A DNA stretch of 62,706 nucleotides, taken from an uncultured Bacteriovoracaceae bacterium. GTDB lineage: Bacteria; Desulfobacterota; Desulfomonilia; UBA1062. Positions 18,486 through 26,930 of the stretch are shown in pieces. The notes under the pieces were generated by a model that saw only the letters and a list, made by a program, of their open reading frames with translations, ran no database searches and had not been told where the DNA came from. Location of the stretch: NCBI GenBank assembly GCA_964572405.1, contig CAZNGL010000003.1, positions 1 to 62,706 on the forward strand, given 5' to 3'. Numbering within the stretch: position 1 is the first letter of the stretch; each line of letters begins with the position of its first letter. The translations under genes and the position numbers were made by a program.

Positions 18486-19132
18486 ATGCCGAGCCTCTTT
18501 CTCACCCTGCCCCGCACCAGGTTCCAGGTCCAGGACGCCAGGCGCCACTTCTGGTCGAGGAGGGCATTGGCCATGGTGGTGGCGGCCTTTGCCAGTTCTT
18601 CCCCGTCGACGTTTTCCATGACTGTGGCGATGAACCTGCTGAAGGCCTGCGGGTCGTCCCGGGTGATGCTGTTCACGAACCGCGAGAATGCATTGATGGC
18701 GCCCGCTTTGATCTTGGGTCCTTCGGAGAGAAAGGCCCGGATAAGGGTTGTTCCCAATTCAGGCGAGGCCTTGATCATCGCGGACGCGAGACCTGCCCAT
18801 TCCTTGCCGCACTCCCTCAAGGCCTCCCTGTCGATGTCCTCCGCGAGGCTGACCATGAACGACTTCAGGAGCTCGGGTGGGTACTTGTCCTTCAGTTGGG
18901 TCGCCAGCTCGGTGAGCGCGCCTGTCACGCTGTTGATGAACACGGGAAGGCCCCCGGAAACCCCGAAGAAGACCTCCGGGTCGTCCCCGAGGAGTGTCTT
19001 TACCGCCTCCCTGCCCGAGCCGGGATGCAGGGAGTTCATCTTCACCCGGATGAGGTCCTTTGCAAGGGTGGAGCGCATGAGGGCCTTCAGGATACCCCCC
19101 TGGTTCTGTGTGGATGGCCCGGCCTGTCTCAT
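18482..19132 (-). CDS. Hypothetical all-alpha protein (216 aa)
   Basis: ATGA overlaps on both sides; clear similarity to 19129..19560 (DPEV...YPP-x-LL...EDID/EDVD). Confidence 0.75.
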   Translation of the reverse strand: MRQAGPSTQNQGGILKALMRSTLAKDLIRVKMNSLHPGSGREAVKTLLGDDPEVFFGVSGGLPVFINSVTGALTELATQLKDKYPPELLKSFMVSLAEDIDREALRECGKEWAGLASAMIKASPELGTTLIRAFLSEGPKIKAGAINAFSRFVNSITRDDPQAFSRFIATVMENVDGEELAKAATTMANALLDQKWRLASWTWNLVRGRVRKRLGI

Positions 19133-19560
19133 GTGCCCTCCTTTCCCCTCAGGGCCTGTTCCTCCACGGCCTTCGCAAAGGCGCCGAAGACGGGCGCCAG
19201 GTCACTGCCGAGGTCCCTGAGATCGTGGATCAGGCATGCGAGGGTCTGGCGGTCCACGTCTTCCAGGAGGGATTCCACCATGCCCGCGAGCAGGGGCGGC
19301 GGGTACGTGCGCCGGACCTGCACCACGAGCTCCGCTGCGATCTTGATGAAGCAGTTGGCGATCACGGGGAGAGCGCCCGTCACGGCCAGGGGCACCTCGG
19401 GGTCCTTCCCCAGGATGGTCCGGACGAGCCCGGGACCGGCCTCAGGATCGATGTTCCTGAGAAACAGGCGCAGGCTGTCCTTGAAGGATGCGCTGGCCAG
19501 GAGCTCTTCGGCCACCCTCGTCCTGCCTTCGATCAGTCCCGTGTTCGCGGCTTCGTCCAT
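19129..19560 (-). CDS. Hypothetical all-alpha protein (143 aa)
   Basis: GAGGTG RBS; paralog of the next gene. Confidence 0.75.
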   Translation of the reverse strand: MDEAANTGLIEGRTRVAEELLASASFKDSLRLFLRNIDPEAGPGLVRTILGKDPEVPLAVTGALPVIANCFIKIAAELVVQVRRTYPPPLLAGMVESLLEDVDRQTLACLIHDLRDLGSDLAPVFGAFAKAVEEQALRGKEGT

Positions 19561-19569
19561 GGCATCACC

Positions 19570-20844
19570 TCACAGCGTCTCGCAGTTGAAGAAGTACCGG
19601 GCGGCCTCCATCTGGCAGAGCTGCTTGCCGCCCATCCAGAGCTGCACGATCTTGATGTCGCGCCAGTGCTTCTCGATGTCCCAGTCCCGGTCTGCGCCGA
19701 ACAGGCCGAGCACGTCCATGGCCTTGCCGAAGTTCTCCACGGCGCGATCGGAGATGAAGTCCTTGATGTTGCGGATCCTCCCCACCACGTCCTCGGAAAT
19801 CAGGGGCTTGCCGTGGGGCTTGTTCCTCCGGTCCCCGATCATGGCCGCCTCGTGTCCCAGGATGCGGCAGATGTCGATATCGCCCGCGATGCGGCCGATG
19901 ATGCCTGCCACGGCATCGTTCTCCTTGAGAGGGGTATTGTTGTAGGTGCGGGTGGACACGAACTCGTAGAGCCGCTCGTAGAGGTTCAGCATGGCGCCGG
20001 TGAGGAAGGCGCAGCTCATGACCTGGCCGAAGGAGATGAGCTGGTAGAAGGCCTCGGCGTCCCTGCCGGGACCGTGGGCCCGGTACCAGGAGGGTACGCG
20101 GACGTCCTCGAACCAGATGTCGCCGTTCTTGTCCGCCGCCATGCCGGCCTTCTCATAGGCGCCGCCCTGGGTCACGCCGGGCAGGTCCGCAGGGACGAAG
20201 ATGAAGGCGAAGTCCCTGGGGTCGCTGGACCCGGGCTTCGTGGTGCAGGGCACGCCGAAGAGGCTGGCCACGCCGCCCGAGTTGGTGGGCCAGAGCTTGT
20301 GACCGTTGATGACCCACTCGTCGCCGTCGAGACGGGCCGTGGTGCGGATGGTCCTGCCGCGGAGCAGCCCGAGGTTCTCGATGTCGGCCCCCCCCTGGGG
20401 CTCGGTCATGGCGTTGGCCGCGAACACGGCCTTGTCCGCCTTGCAGAACAGGGGCGCGAACTCGGCGATGAGGCGCTCGTTCTTGTAGGGCTCCACCATG
20501 ACGACGAGGAGCGGCCAGAAGGTCACGGCCAGGGCAACGGCCATGCCCGTGTCGGCCCTGCCGAGCTCCTCGCAGAGCATGTACCCGCCGCGGAAGGCGT
20601 AGTCGGAATCGGCCAGGCCCCAGCCCCCGTATTTGAGGGGGAAGAGCGATTTCTGGAGTCCGAGCTCTGCCATGAGCCTGTCGAAGGCCGGTTCGATGAG
20701 GTTGTGGTCCTTCCAGTCCTCGTCGTATCTCCGGCGCTGAGGCATGACCCACTCCTCCAGGTGCTTCCTGAGGAGGCGCCTGAAGTGCCGGTCAAAGGGG
20801 GATATGTATTCTTCCGGACGGGAGAATTCGTCGAAATGCATCAT
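19570..20844 (-). CDS. Acyl-CoA dehydrogenase-fold flavoprotein (atypical active site)
   Basis: NAMTEPQGGAD, NGHKLWPTN, FEDVRVP and EKHWRDIK motifs; the canonical C-terminal YEG is replaced by WMG. Confidence 0.88.
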   Translation of the reverse strand: MMHFDEFSRPEEYISPFDRHFRRLLRKHLEEWVMPQRRRYDEDWKDHNLIEPAFDRLMAELGLQKSLFPLKYGGWGLADSDYAFRGGYMLCEELGRADTGMAVALAVTFWPLLVVMVEPYKNERLIAEFAPLFCKADKAVFAANAMTEPQGGADIENLGLLRGRTIRTTARLDGDEWVINGHKLWPTNSGGVASLFGVPCTTKPGSSDPRDFAFIFVPADLPGVTQGGAYEKAGMAADKNGDIWFEDVRVPSWYRAHGPGRDAEAFYQLISFGQVMSCAFLTGAMLNLYERLYEFVSTRTYNNTPLKENDAVAGIIGRIAGDIDICRILGHEAAMIGDRRNKPHGKPLISEDVVGRIRNIKDFISDRAVENFGKAMDVLGLFGADRDWDIEKHWRDIKIVQLWMGGKQLCQMEAARYFFNCETL

Positions 20845-20859
20845 GGCTTCATCACCTCC

Positions 20860-22098
20860 TCAGATCTCGGAACAGTCGTAGAAGAAGCGGGCCGTGTCCA
20901 TCTTCACCGGCGCTTCAGCGCCCACCCCGCACAGCAGGGAACCGATGGTCTTCACATCCCTCCAGTGTTTCTCCACGTGCCACTCCTTGGCGTAGCCCGC
21001 GGACCCCATGAGCTCCATGCCCCGGTCCATGGCCCTGAGCGCCCCCCGGACGGCCCGCAGGCCGATCATCCCGGCATAGGCGAAGGTGCGGCCCATGTCC
21101 GAGCGCCACGATCCGGCCTGCGCCGCCATGATGCCCGCCAGATCGTAGAGGAGGAGCTTGGCCACGGCGATCTCCTCGGCGACGTCGGCAAGGACCGACG
21201 CGCACAGGGGGTTCTCCTTCAGGGTGGTGCCTCCCTTGATGACCCGGTGGTCGCTCCAGTCGGCGAGGAGTTCGAAGAAATTCGTCGCGGCCCCGACGCC
21301 CACGCCGGCCAGGAGCAGGTTGAGCCAGGCGTAGAGACCCGCTATGGTCTCTTCCCCTTCCAGGACGCCATCGCCGGGCACCGGCGCGTCGTAGAGGTCT
21401 ATCTGGGCGTTGCCGCAGGCATTGAGTCCGGTCATGAGGATGGGAGAGCCCCGCTTCACTCCCTGTGCGTCTCCCGGGACAATGGCGAGGCACGGCGTAG
21501 AGTCTCCCTTGGCGCACACCACGCAGAAGAGGTCGGCCATGCCGCCTGCGACGAGGGGCCGGAGGCCTTTGCCGTTCAGCGTGAAGCCGTCTTCTGATTG
21601 TCTTGCACTGACCAGGATGGACCTTCCGAAGAACAAAGGTGTCTGCATGCCGGTGAAGCCCGGGCCGGTCAGGATGAGGGCCGGGGTCCTCACTGTCTCG
21701 TCCGCAGAGATGCCTGCCAGGATACTGCACCGCCCCTCCCCGTTGTCGTGCGCCCCGGCGGCAAGGGACAGCGCCCAGGTTGCTGCGGAAAGGAAGCCCA
21801 TGGAGGCGTCGGCGCGGCCTGTCTCGCAGGCGAGGGTGAGCAGGGCAGGGGCTTTTGCAGGGCTGTTCCAGCCGAACCCGCCGAGGTCTGAAGGGATGGC
21901 GAGCTTCTGCAGGCCGATGTCCATGGAGAGCTTCTTCCTCTTTTCCGCAAAGAGCCGATCATAGCCCTCCCGGTATTCCATGCGTTTTGAGACGATCTCC
22001 TTGTCGGCCCACTGCCTGAGAAGCCGCACGACGCTCAGGGATTCCTCGTCCATGGCGTGCTTCGGGTAGAGAAAAAGTTCGTCGAGATTCCTGCTCAT
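20860..22098 (-). CDS. Divergent acyl-CoA dehydrogenase-fold protein (putative partner subunit)
   Basis: C-terminal GMELMGSAGYAKEWHVEKHWRDVK is conserved, but the N-terminal FAD motif is degenerate (LILTGPG for ALTEPG). GAGGAGG RBS before ATG 22098. Confidence 0.82.
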   Translation of the reverse strand: MSRNLDELFLYPKHAMDEESLSVVRLLRQWADKEIVSKRMEYREGYDRLFAEKRKKLSMDIGLQKLAIPSDLGGFGWNSPAKAPALLTLACETGRADASMGFLSAATWALSLAAGAHDNGEGRCSILAGISADETVRTPALILTGPGFTGMQTPLFFGRSILVSARQSEDGFTLNGKGLRPLVAGGMADLFCVVCAKGDSTPCLAIVPGDAQGVKRGSPILMTGLNACGNAQIDLYDAPVPGDGVLEGEETIAGLYAWLNLLLAGVGVGAATNFFELLADWSDHRVIKGGTTLKENPLCASVLADVAEEIAVAKLLLYDLAGIMAAQAGSWRSDMGRTFAYAGMIGLRAVRGALRAMDRGMELMGSAGYAKEWHVEKHWRDVKTIGSLLCGVGAEAPVKMDTARFFYDCSEI

Positions 22099-22274
22099 AG
22101 GTCCTCCTCGCAAGAGGGATAGGATGGATATGCCGGTGTGTGTTCGTACCTGGAATGAGGGCAGGGAGAAAGGGACAGAAACTCACGGGCATGACGGGTA
22201 TCCCCACACAGGTCCTTCACGGCAAACCCCCTTTCAGGGTAATCAAAACACCAGGCCGACACGAACCCTCTTGA

Positions 22275-22290
22275 TAATGAGGATTCATTA
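22275..22290. promoter_or_regulatory. Palindromic operator TAATGA-GGAT-TCATTA, candidate site for the operon-encoded TetR
   Basis: Perfect 6-bp inverted repeat at or just downstream of the predicted +1. The assignment to TetR is inference. Confidence 0.6.
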
Positions 22291-22296
22291 CCATGA

Positions 22297-22325
22297 ATGA
22301 TAATTACTATTACTCTCCCTGTCAA
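22297..22325 (-). promoter_or_regulatory. Sigma70 promoter of the 16-gene operon: TTGACA-N17-TATCAT
   Basis: Minus strand: -35 TTGACA at 22325-22320, 17-nt spacer, -10 TATCAT at 22302-22297, in an AT-rich island. Confidence 0.8.
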
Positions 22326-22452
22326 GGGCAAAGATGAGCGATTTGCCCGACCCCTGCCGCATAGGCGGCCATGTGCCCGATTCGTGCAGGGTTCTTGAGG
22401 GGTAATGAGAGGATGATGCCAGGGAGCTGTGGTGCCTCAGGCGAGGTAAAGG

Positions 22453-22614
22453 TCAGGAGCGTGCGTTCTTCACCAGGATATACACGGCGATACCCGCCAC
22501 GAGCGTTCCCATGGAAAGGCTCATCGTGTCCTTTCTCATGGCGCCGTAGGCAATGTCCGCGAGTCCGAGCAGGAAAAACAGGGCAGGCGGCACGGTCGCC
22601 GCAGGGAGTCTCAT
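22453..22614 (-). CDS. Small (53 aa) two-TM membrane protein, not in the supplied ORF track
   Basis: Manual translation MRLPAATVPPALFFLLGLADIAYGAMRKDTMSLSMGTLVAGIAVYILVKNARS*; GGAGG RBS 8 nt upstream. Confidence 0.65.
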   Translation of the reverse strand: MRLPAATVPPALFFLLGLADIAYGAMRKDTMSLSMGTLVAGIAVYILVKNARS

Positions 22615-22639
22615 GGGCCGGACCCCTCCGGTTTCTGCA

Positions 22640-22912
22640 TCAGAGGATCCCGGCTATCCATCGCTCGGCATCCTCGGGACTTGTGACATAGTGCACCGGG
22701 CGGTCCCGGATATCCTCCACCCTTGTGCAGGCGCTCGAGCATCCGCTCACGATCAGGACCATCTGTGCATCCTCGCTGTCCGCTGGAATGAACTCCACCA
22801 TGCCTGCGAGCCGTTCCCTGATGGTTTCGACCATCTCCACCCGGTCATAGCCTGCCCGGCACCCACCGCAGTACTTGAGCCCGACCCTTATCTTTCCTTG
22901 TCGATGCCGCAC
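22640..22912 (-). CDS. Small Cys-motif protein (KYCGGC...GCSSAC)
   Basis: C-terminal part of ORF 22640..23122 (IRVGLKYCGGCRAGYDR...VSGCSSAC). The start (GTG 22912, overlapping the abfD end) is uncertain. Confidence 0.6.
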   Translation of the reverse strand: MRHRQGKIRVGLKYCGGCRAGYDRVEMVETIRERLAGMVEFIPADSEDAQMVLIVSGCSSACTRVEDIRDRPVHYVTSPEDAERWIAGIL

Positions 22913-24345
22913 AGGTACCTGGCCACCTTCTGCTTCTGCTTCATGTTCACGAGCCTGGCGATCATGATGCGCTGGGCCTGGGGAGAGCCCGCGCCGTGCA
23001 TGGACTCGGTGAGGTAGCCCACGGCCGCGGTGCCCATGGTGATGTTCTCGATGAGCCGCAATATGCGCATCCTGTGCTCCGTAGGCACGTCCGCCTTGGT
23101 CTTGAAGTACTTGTCCACCCACTTGCCGACCTCCGGAGAGGCGAGGTCTTGTGCCGATGGACAGGTCGCCACGAGGCCGCCCGCGATGTCCTGGGCGAGC
23201 CGCGCGATCTCGTAGGGGAACCGCGTGACGTTCTGCTTGTGCACGTTGGCCAGCAGCACGTCCACCAGGAAGGTTCCGCTGGGCTCCTTGTGGCCTTCAG
23301 CGGCGCAGGCGATGCAGCCGCAGAAGAGCGTCTCGTTCAGCTGGTTCATCTCGATGAGCTTGTCCTTGATGTGGGAGGCCTTCTCTGCGCCGTTGAACTC
23401 GGCCACGGTCTGGGCGGCGCCGATGAGCACGTCCCCCACCCCCACCTTGCACGCGTAGCTCTGGCGGTGGTACGCCGCGAAGTTCTCCACGAGCTGGGTG
23501 GTGAAGTCGTACTCGCGGTACATGAACACCCGCTCCCAGGGCACGAACACCTTGTCGAACACCACCAGGGCCTCGTGGCCCCCGTAGTGCATGTTGCCGC
23601 GGTCAAAGGTCATCCCCTCCAGCTTGCGGGTGTCGCAGGACTGGCGGCCCATGATGTAGGTGATGCCTTCTGCGTCGCTGGGCAGGGCGAACGAGACGGC
23701 GTAGTCCCTGTCCTCCTCGCGCATGGTGATGGTGGGCATCACGATGATCTCGTGGGAGTTCACCGCACCGGTCTGGTGGGCCTTGGCGCCCGAGACCACG
23801 ATACCGTCCTTTGTCTCCTCCACCACGTGCATGAACAGGTCCGGGTCGAACTGCCTGACCGGCGAGGCGGAGCGGTCGCCCTTGGGGTCGGTCATGGCGC
23901 CGTCGCAGACCAGGTCGTTCTCCTGGACATAGGCGAGGTATTTCAGGAACCGCTTGTTGTACTCGGTGCCGTACTTGGCGTCGATGGCATGGGTGGTGAT
24001 GGACAGCGCGTTCAGCGCGTCCATGCCCACGCAGCGCTGGAAGCAGCAGGCGGTGAGCGAGCCCAGGAGGCGGCCCATCTTGCTCTTCTTCACCAGGTCC
24101 TCCCTGCTCTGGTGGATGTGGGTGAAGCGGTTGATCCTGTCTCCCGTGAGGTGGCTCCGTGCGGTCATGATGTCCTCGTACTCGGGCCGGTGAGCGAACT
24201 CGTAGGTGGCCGCCACCGCGTTCATGGACGGCCGGATGATGGGGTCGTCCACCGGGTTCTCCACCTTCCTGCCGAACATGTAGACCCTCAGCTTCAGCCT
24301 GCGCAGACTTTCCTCATACTCCTTCGCGTTCATCAGCCTGGCCAT
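22888..24345 (-). CDS. abfD: 4-hydroxybutyryl-CoA dehydratase / vinylacetyl-CoA isomerase (HpaB-fold, FAD + 4Fe-4S)
   Basis: CFQRCVG and YHRQSYACKVG Fe-S ligand motifs, plus GAMTDPKGDRS and ESMHGAGSPQAQ. Confidence 0.85.
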   Translation of the reverse strand: MARLMNAKEYEESLRRLKLRVYMFGRKVENPVDDPIIRPSMNAVAATYEFAHRPEYEDIMTARSHLTGDRINRFTHIHQSREDLVKKSKMGRLLGSLTACCFQRCVGMDALNALSITTHAIDAKYGTEYNKRFLKYLAYVQENDLVCDGAMTDPKGDRSASPVRQFDPDLFMHVVEETKDGIVVSGAKAHQTGAVNSHEIIVMPTITMREEDRDYAVSFALPSDAEGITYIMGRQSCDTRKLEGMTFDRGNMHYGGHEALVVFDKVFVPWERVFMYREYDFTTQLVENFAAYHRQSYACKVGVGDVLIGAAQTVAEFNGAEKASHIKDKLIEMNQLNETLFCGCIACAAEGHKEPSGTFLVDVLLANVHKQNVTRFPYEIARLAQDIAGGLVATCPSAQDLASPEVGKWVDKYFKTKADVPTEHRMRILRLIENITMGTAAVGYLTESMHGAGSPQAQRIMIARLVNMKQKQKVARYLCGIDKER

Positions 24346-24669
24346 GGGTTCCTCCCTGGTCTGTTCTCGAAAAAGAGCGACCTTGCGTCCGGAAATGGAT
24401 ACCCTACAGGACGAGTCGTATCTCGAGAATATGCATCAATAGGCCTAACGGGGTCAAGGCATGTGTGAGGAAGGGCACTGGGATGCGCCCGTGATGCAGG
24501 GTGCACAATCCCCTTGACTTGCACAGGCAAAATCCTGAAGATAGCTGATCCACGGCGTCTTCTGTGCGTGGACATCAGGTCGCGGCTGAACAGGGCACAG
24601 AACCATTCTCGGGCAGTGTTCACATCCGGGATGCCCCTGTGGTCATCCAGCTGATGGCATGAACAGAAC

Positions 24670-25935
24670 ATGGAGCAGACATTCTCGAGACAAAGGAAGT
24701 ACATGGGGCATTCGGACAGTGAGAATCAAGACTCGGGGGCGAAGCCGGGGCACGGCCCAGCCCTGGAGAGCCTGAAAGACTATGTCACCTGGCAGCGGGA
24801 AGTAAGGGCGCAGGGTGAAACCGCCGGGCTCCCCTCACACGGTCCGGGCTCCATAGTCCTCGACCTCACCACGGCGTGCAGCTTTTCCTGCCCCCACTGC
24901 CTGGATGCGAGGATGCTCAACACCGGCGACTACCTCGACCTGGACACCGTCAAGAAGAGCATCGACACCCTCCAGAGAAACGGCCTGCGCTCGGTCACCA
25001 TCACCGGAGGGGGGGAGCCCTCCATGCACAAGAACTTCGAGGAGATCCTGCGGTTTGTGAAAGGCCGGTCGCTGCAGACGGGCATCGTCACGAACGGGTC
25101 CAACCTGGACAAGGTGGTCGGGGCCTCCGAGGTGCTCCAGGATACGGACTGGTTGAGGGTCTCCCTGGATGCCGGCGTGGAGAGCACCTACTTCAAGTCG
25201 CACCGCCCCCGGGGGAGGGTGAGGCTGGAGAGTATCCTGGCCGGTGTCCGGGAGATCAAGAGGCTCAACCCCAGGGTCCGGGCCGGGTGCTCCTTTGTGA
25301 TCGTCTGGCAGGGGATCACGGTGAACGGCTACGAGCTCACCTCGAACATCGCCGAGATGGCACCGGCGGTGAAGAACGCCAGGGAATACGGCTTCGACCA
25401 TGTCCTGTTCCGGCCCTGCGTCATGCGCCACGAGGGCAGCCAGATGGAAACCCTCTTCGATACCCCGGATCCGGATCGAGAGGCACGGATCACGGAAGCT
25501 ATCGAGAATAACCTGAGCGCGGCCGAGGAGGTCTCCGGGGGGGACGTGATGATCCTGAAGAGCCTGGATCTCGCGGCCATGCTGGACGGGAAGGTTCACG
25601 AGCTGAAGGTCCAGCCGGAGGTCTGTCACTGCCAGTTCTTCCGGACCGTCCTGACGCCGCAGGGTGTCTTCCACTGCCCTGCCCTGAGGGGAATGGAACA
25701 CGCCAGGATCGGCGATGCGGTGGGGTACAAGGGCAAGGCCAACTTCGATTTCACCCAGGCCCGCCTTGAGCATTCGATCCGTTCCTTCAACGCCCGGGTG
25801 GAGTGCGGCATGACGGCGTGCATCTATCATCATACGAACTGGTGGATCGAGAAGTTCATTCATTCAGGAGAGGATGTCGACCGCATCCAGACGGCACCGG
25901 ATACCGACTCTTTCCTGCACGGCATATCGACATGA
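24670..25935 (+). CDS. Radical SAM protein with Cys-rich C-terminal (Twitch/SPASM-like) region
   Basis: CSFSCPHC motif, ITGGGEP, TNG and RVSLDA; C-terminal CHC...HCP...CGMTAC. Confidence 0.85.
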   Translation: MEQTFSRQRKYMGHSDSENQDSGAKPGHGPALESLKDYVTWQREVRAQGETAGLPSHGPGSIVLDLTTACSFSCPHCLDARMLNTGDYLDLDTVKKSIDTLQRNGLRSVTITGGGEPSMHKNFEEILRFVKGRSLQTGIVTNGSNLDKVVGASEVLQDTDWLRVSLDAGVESTYFKSHRPRGRVRLESILAGVREIKRLNPRVRAGCSFVIVWQGITVNGYELTSNIAEMAPAVKNAREYGFDHVLFRPCVMRHEGSQMETLFDTPDPDREARITEAIENNLSAAEEVSGGDVMILKSLDLAAMLDGKVHELKVQPEVCHCQFFRTVLTPQGVFHCPALRGMEHARIGDAVGYKGKANFDFTQARLEHSIRSFNARVECGMTACIYHHTNWWIEKFIHSGEDVDRIQTAPDTDSFLHGIST

Positions 25936-26930
25936 CGTACCGGAAGATCTGTGTCATCCATCTGAATCAGATCGGAGATCTGATGTTTTCTCTGCCCCTT
26001 CTGAAATCGCTGCGGGAGCGTTTCCCCGAGGCCCAGATACATTCCCTGGTGCGGCCGTACCTGACGGGCCTCCTCGAGGACAGCCCCCTGGTGGACAGGA
26101 TCATACCCAGGAAGGGGGGGCTGTTCCCGGGGCTGAAGCTCCTCTGCTCCCTGCGCCGGGAGCGCTACGACCTCATCATCTCCCTGCCGAGGTCAGAGGA
26201 GGCCTTTCTCCTGACCATAATGAGCAACGCGCGGGTGAAAGCCGGGTTCCACCGCTGGCCCTGGGACCGGGTCCTCGATGTGAAGGAGGTGCTGCAGGGG
26301 CATTATTCATGGTTCAATTTTGCACAGCTGCTGGCAAGGTTGGACATACCTGTCTCGCAGGACACCTATGTGGGCCTGCTCCGGGTGGATGAGCCGCTGC
26401 GCGTGGAAGGACTGCCGTGGCGCTATGCGGTGATCTCTCCCGGCGCCTCGAGCCGCAGGCAATCAAAACAGTGGGATGAGCGCAAGTATGCCTCCGTCAT
26501 AACCGAGCTCTCCATGATGTTCGGCCTCAGCTGCGTCCTTGTGGGAGGTGGCGATGCCGTGGAGCTCACCAGGCGGATTTCCGGACATGTTCGCCGTTGC
26601 CTGGACGGAGGCGTCCGGCAGGTGGTTGATCTTGCCGGGAAGATCGGCCTGCGTGAGCTCGCCGCTGTCCTGAAGAAGGCGAAGCTCTTTGTGGGCATCG
26701 ACTCGGGCGTCATGCACATGGCCTCCGCCCTCGACGTCCCCACCGTGGCCATCTTCGGCCCCACGGACCCGAGATATTCCGGGCCCCAGAACAACAGGAG
26801 CCTGGTGGTGAAAAAGGATCTTCCCTGTTCGCCGTGTTACCTCCGGGAGGATTGCGTGCACCGCAGATGCCTGGAAGAACTGGACGCCGCGAGCGTCATC
26901 GAGTCATGCCGGAAGGTGCTGGAACCCTGA
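25932..26930 (+). CDS. Glycosyltransferase family 9 (heptosyltransferase-like)
   Basis: IGDLMFSLPLL...PEAQI, GIDSGVMHMA and FGPTDP motifs; ATG 25932 overlaps the upstream stop. Confidence 0.9.
   Translation: MTYRKICVIHLNQIGDLMFSLPLLKSLRERFPEAQIHSLVRPYLTGLLEDSPLVDRIIPRKGGLFPGLKLLCSLRRERYDLIISLPRSEEAFLLTIMSNARVKAGFHRWPWDRVLDVKEVLQGHYSWFNFAQLLARLDIPVSQDTYVGLLRVDEPLRVEGLPWRYAVISPGASSRRQSKQWDERKYASVITELSMMFGLSCVLVGGGDAVELTRRISGHVRRCLDGGVRQVVDLAGKIGLRELAAVLKKAKLFVGIDSGVMHMASALDVPTVAIFGPTDPRYSGPQNNRSLVVKKDLPCSPCYLREDCVHRRCLEELDAASVIESCRKVLEP

Noticed and set aside
19108-21597. 829-aa plus-strand ORF, and similar long ORFs such as 9322..11469+, 41891..43702-, 43588..46302- and 46124..47737-
   Set aside because: These are antisense shadows of well-supported genes, typical of high-GC codon usage. 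They show no recognisable motifs.
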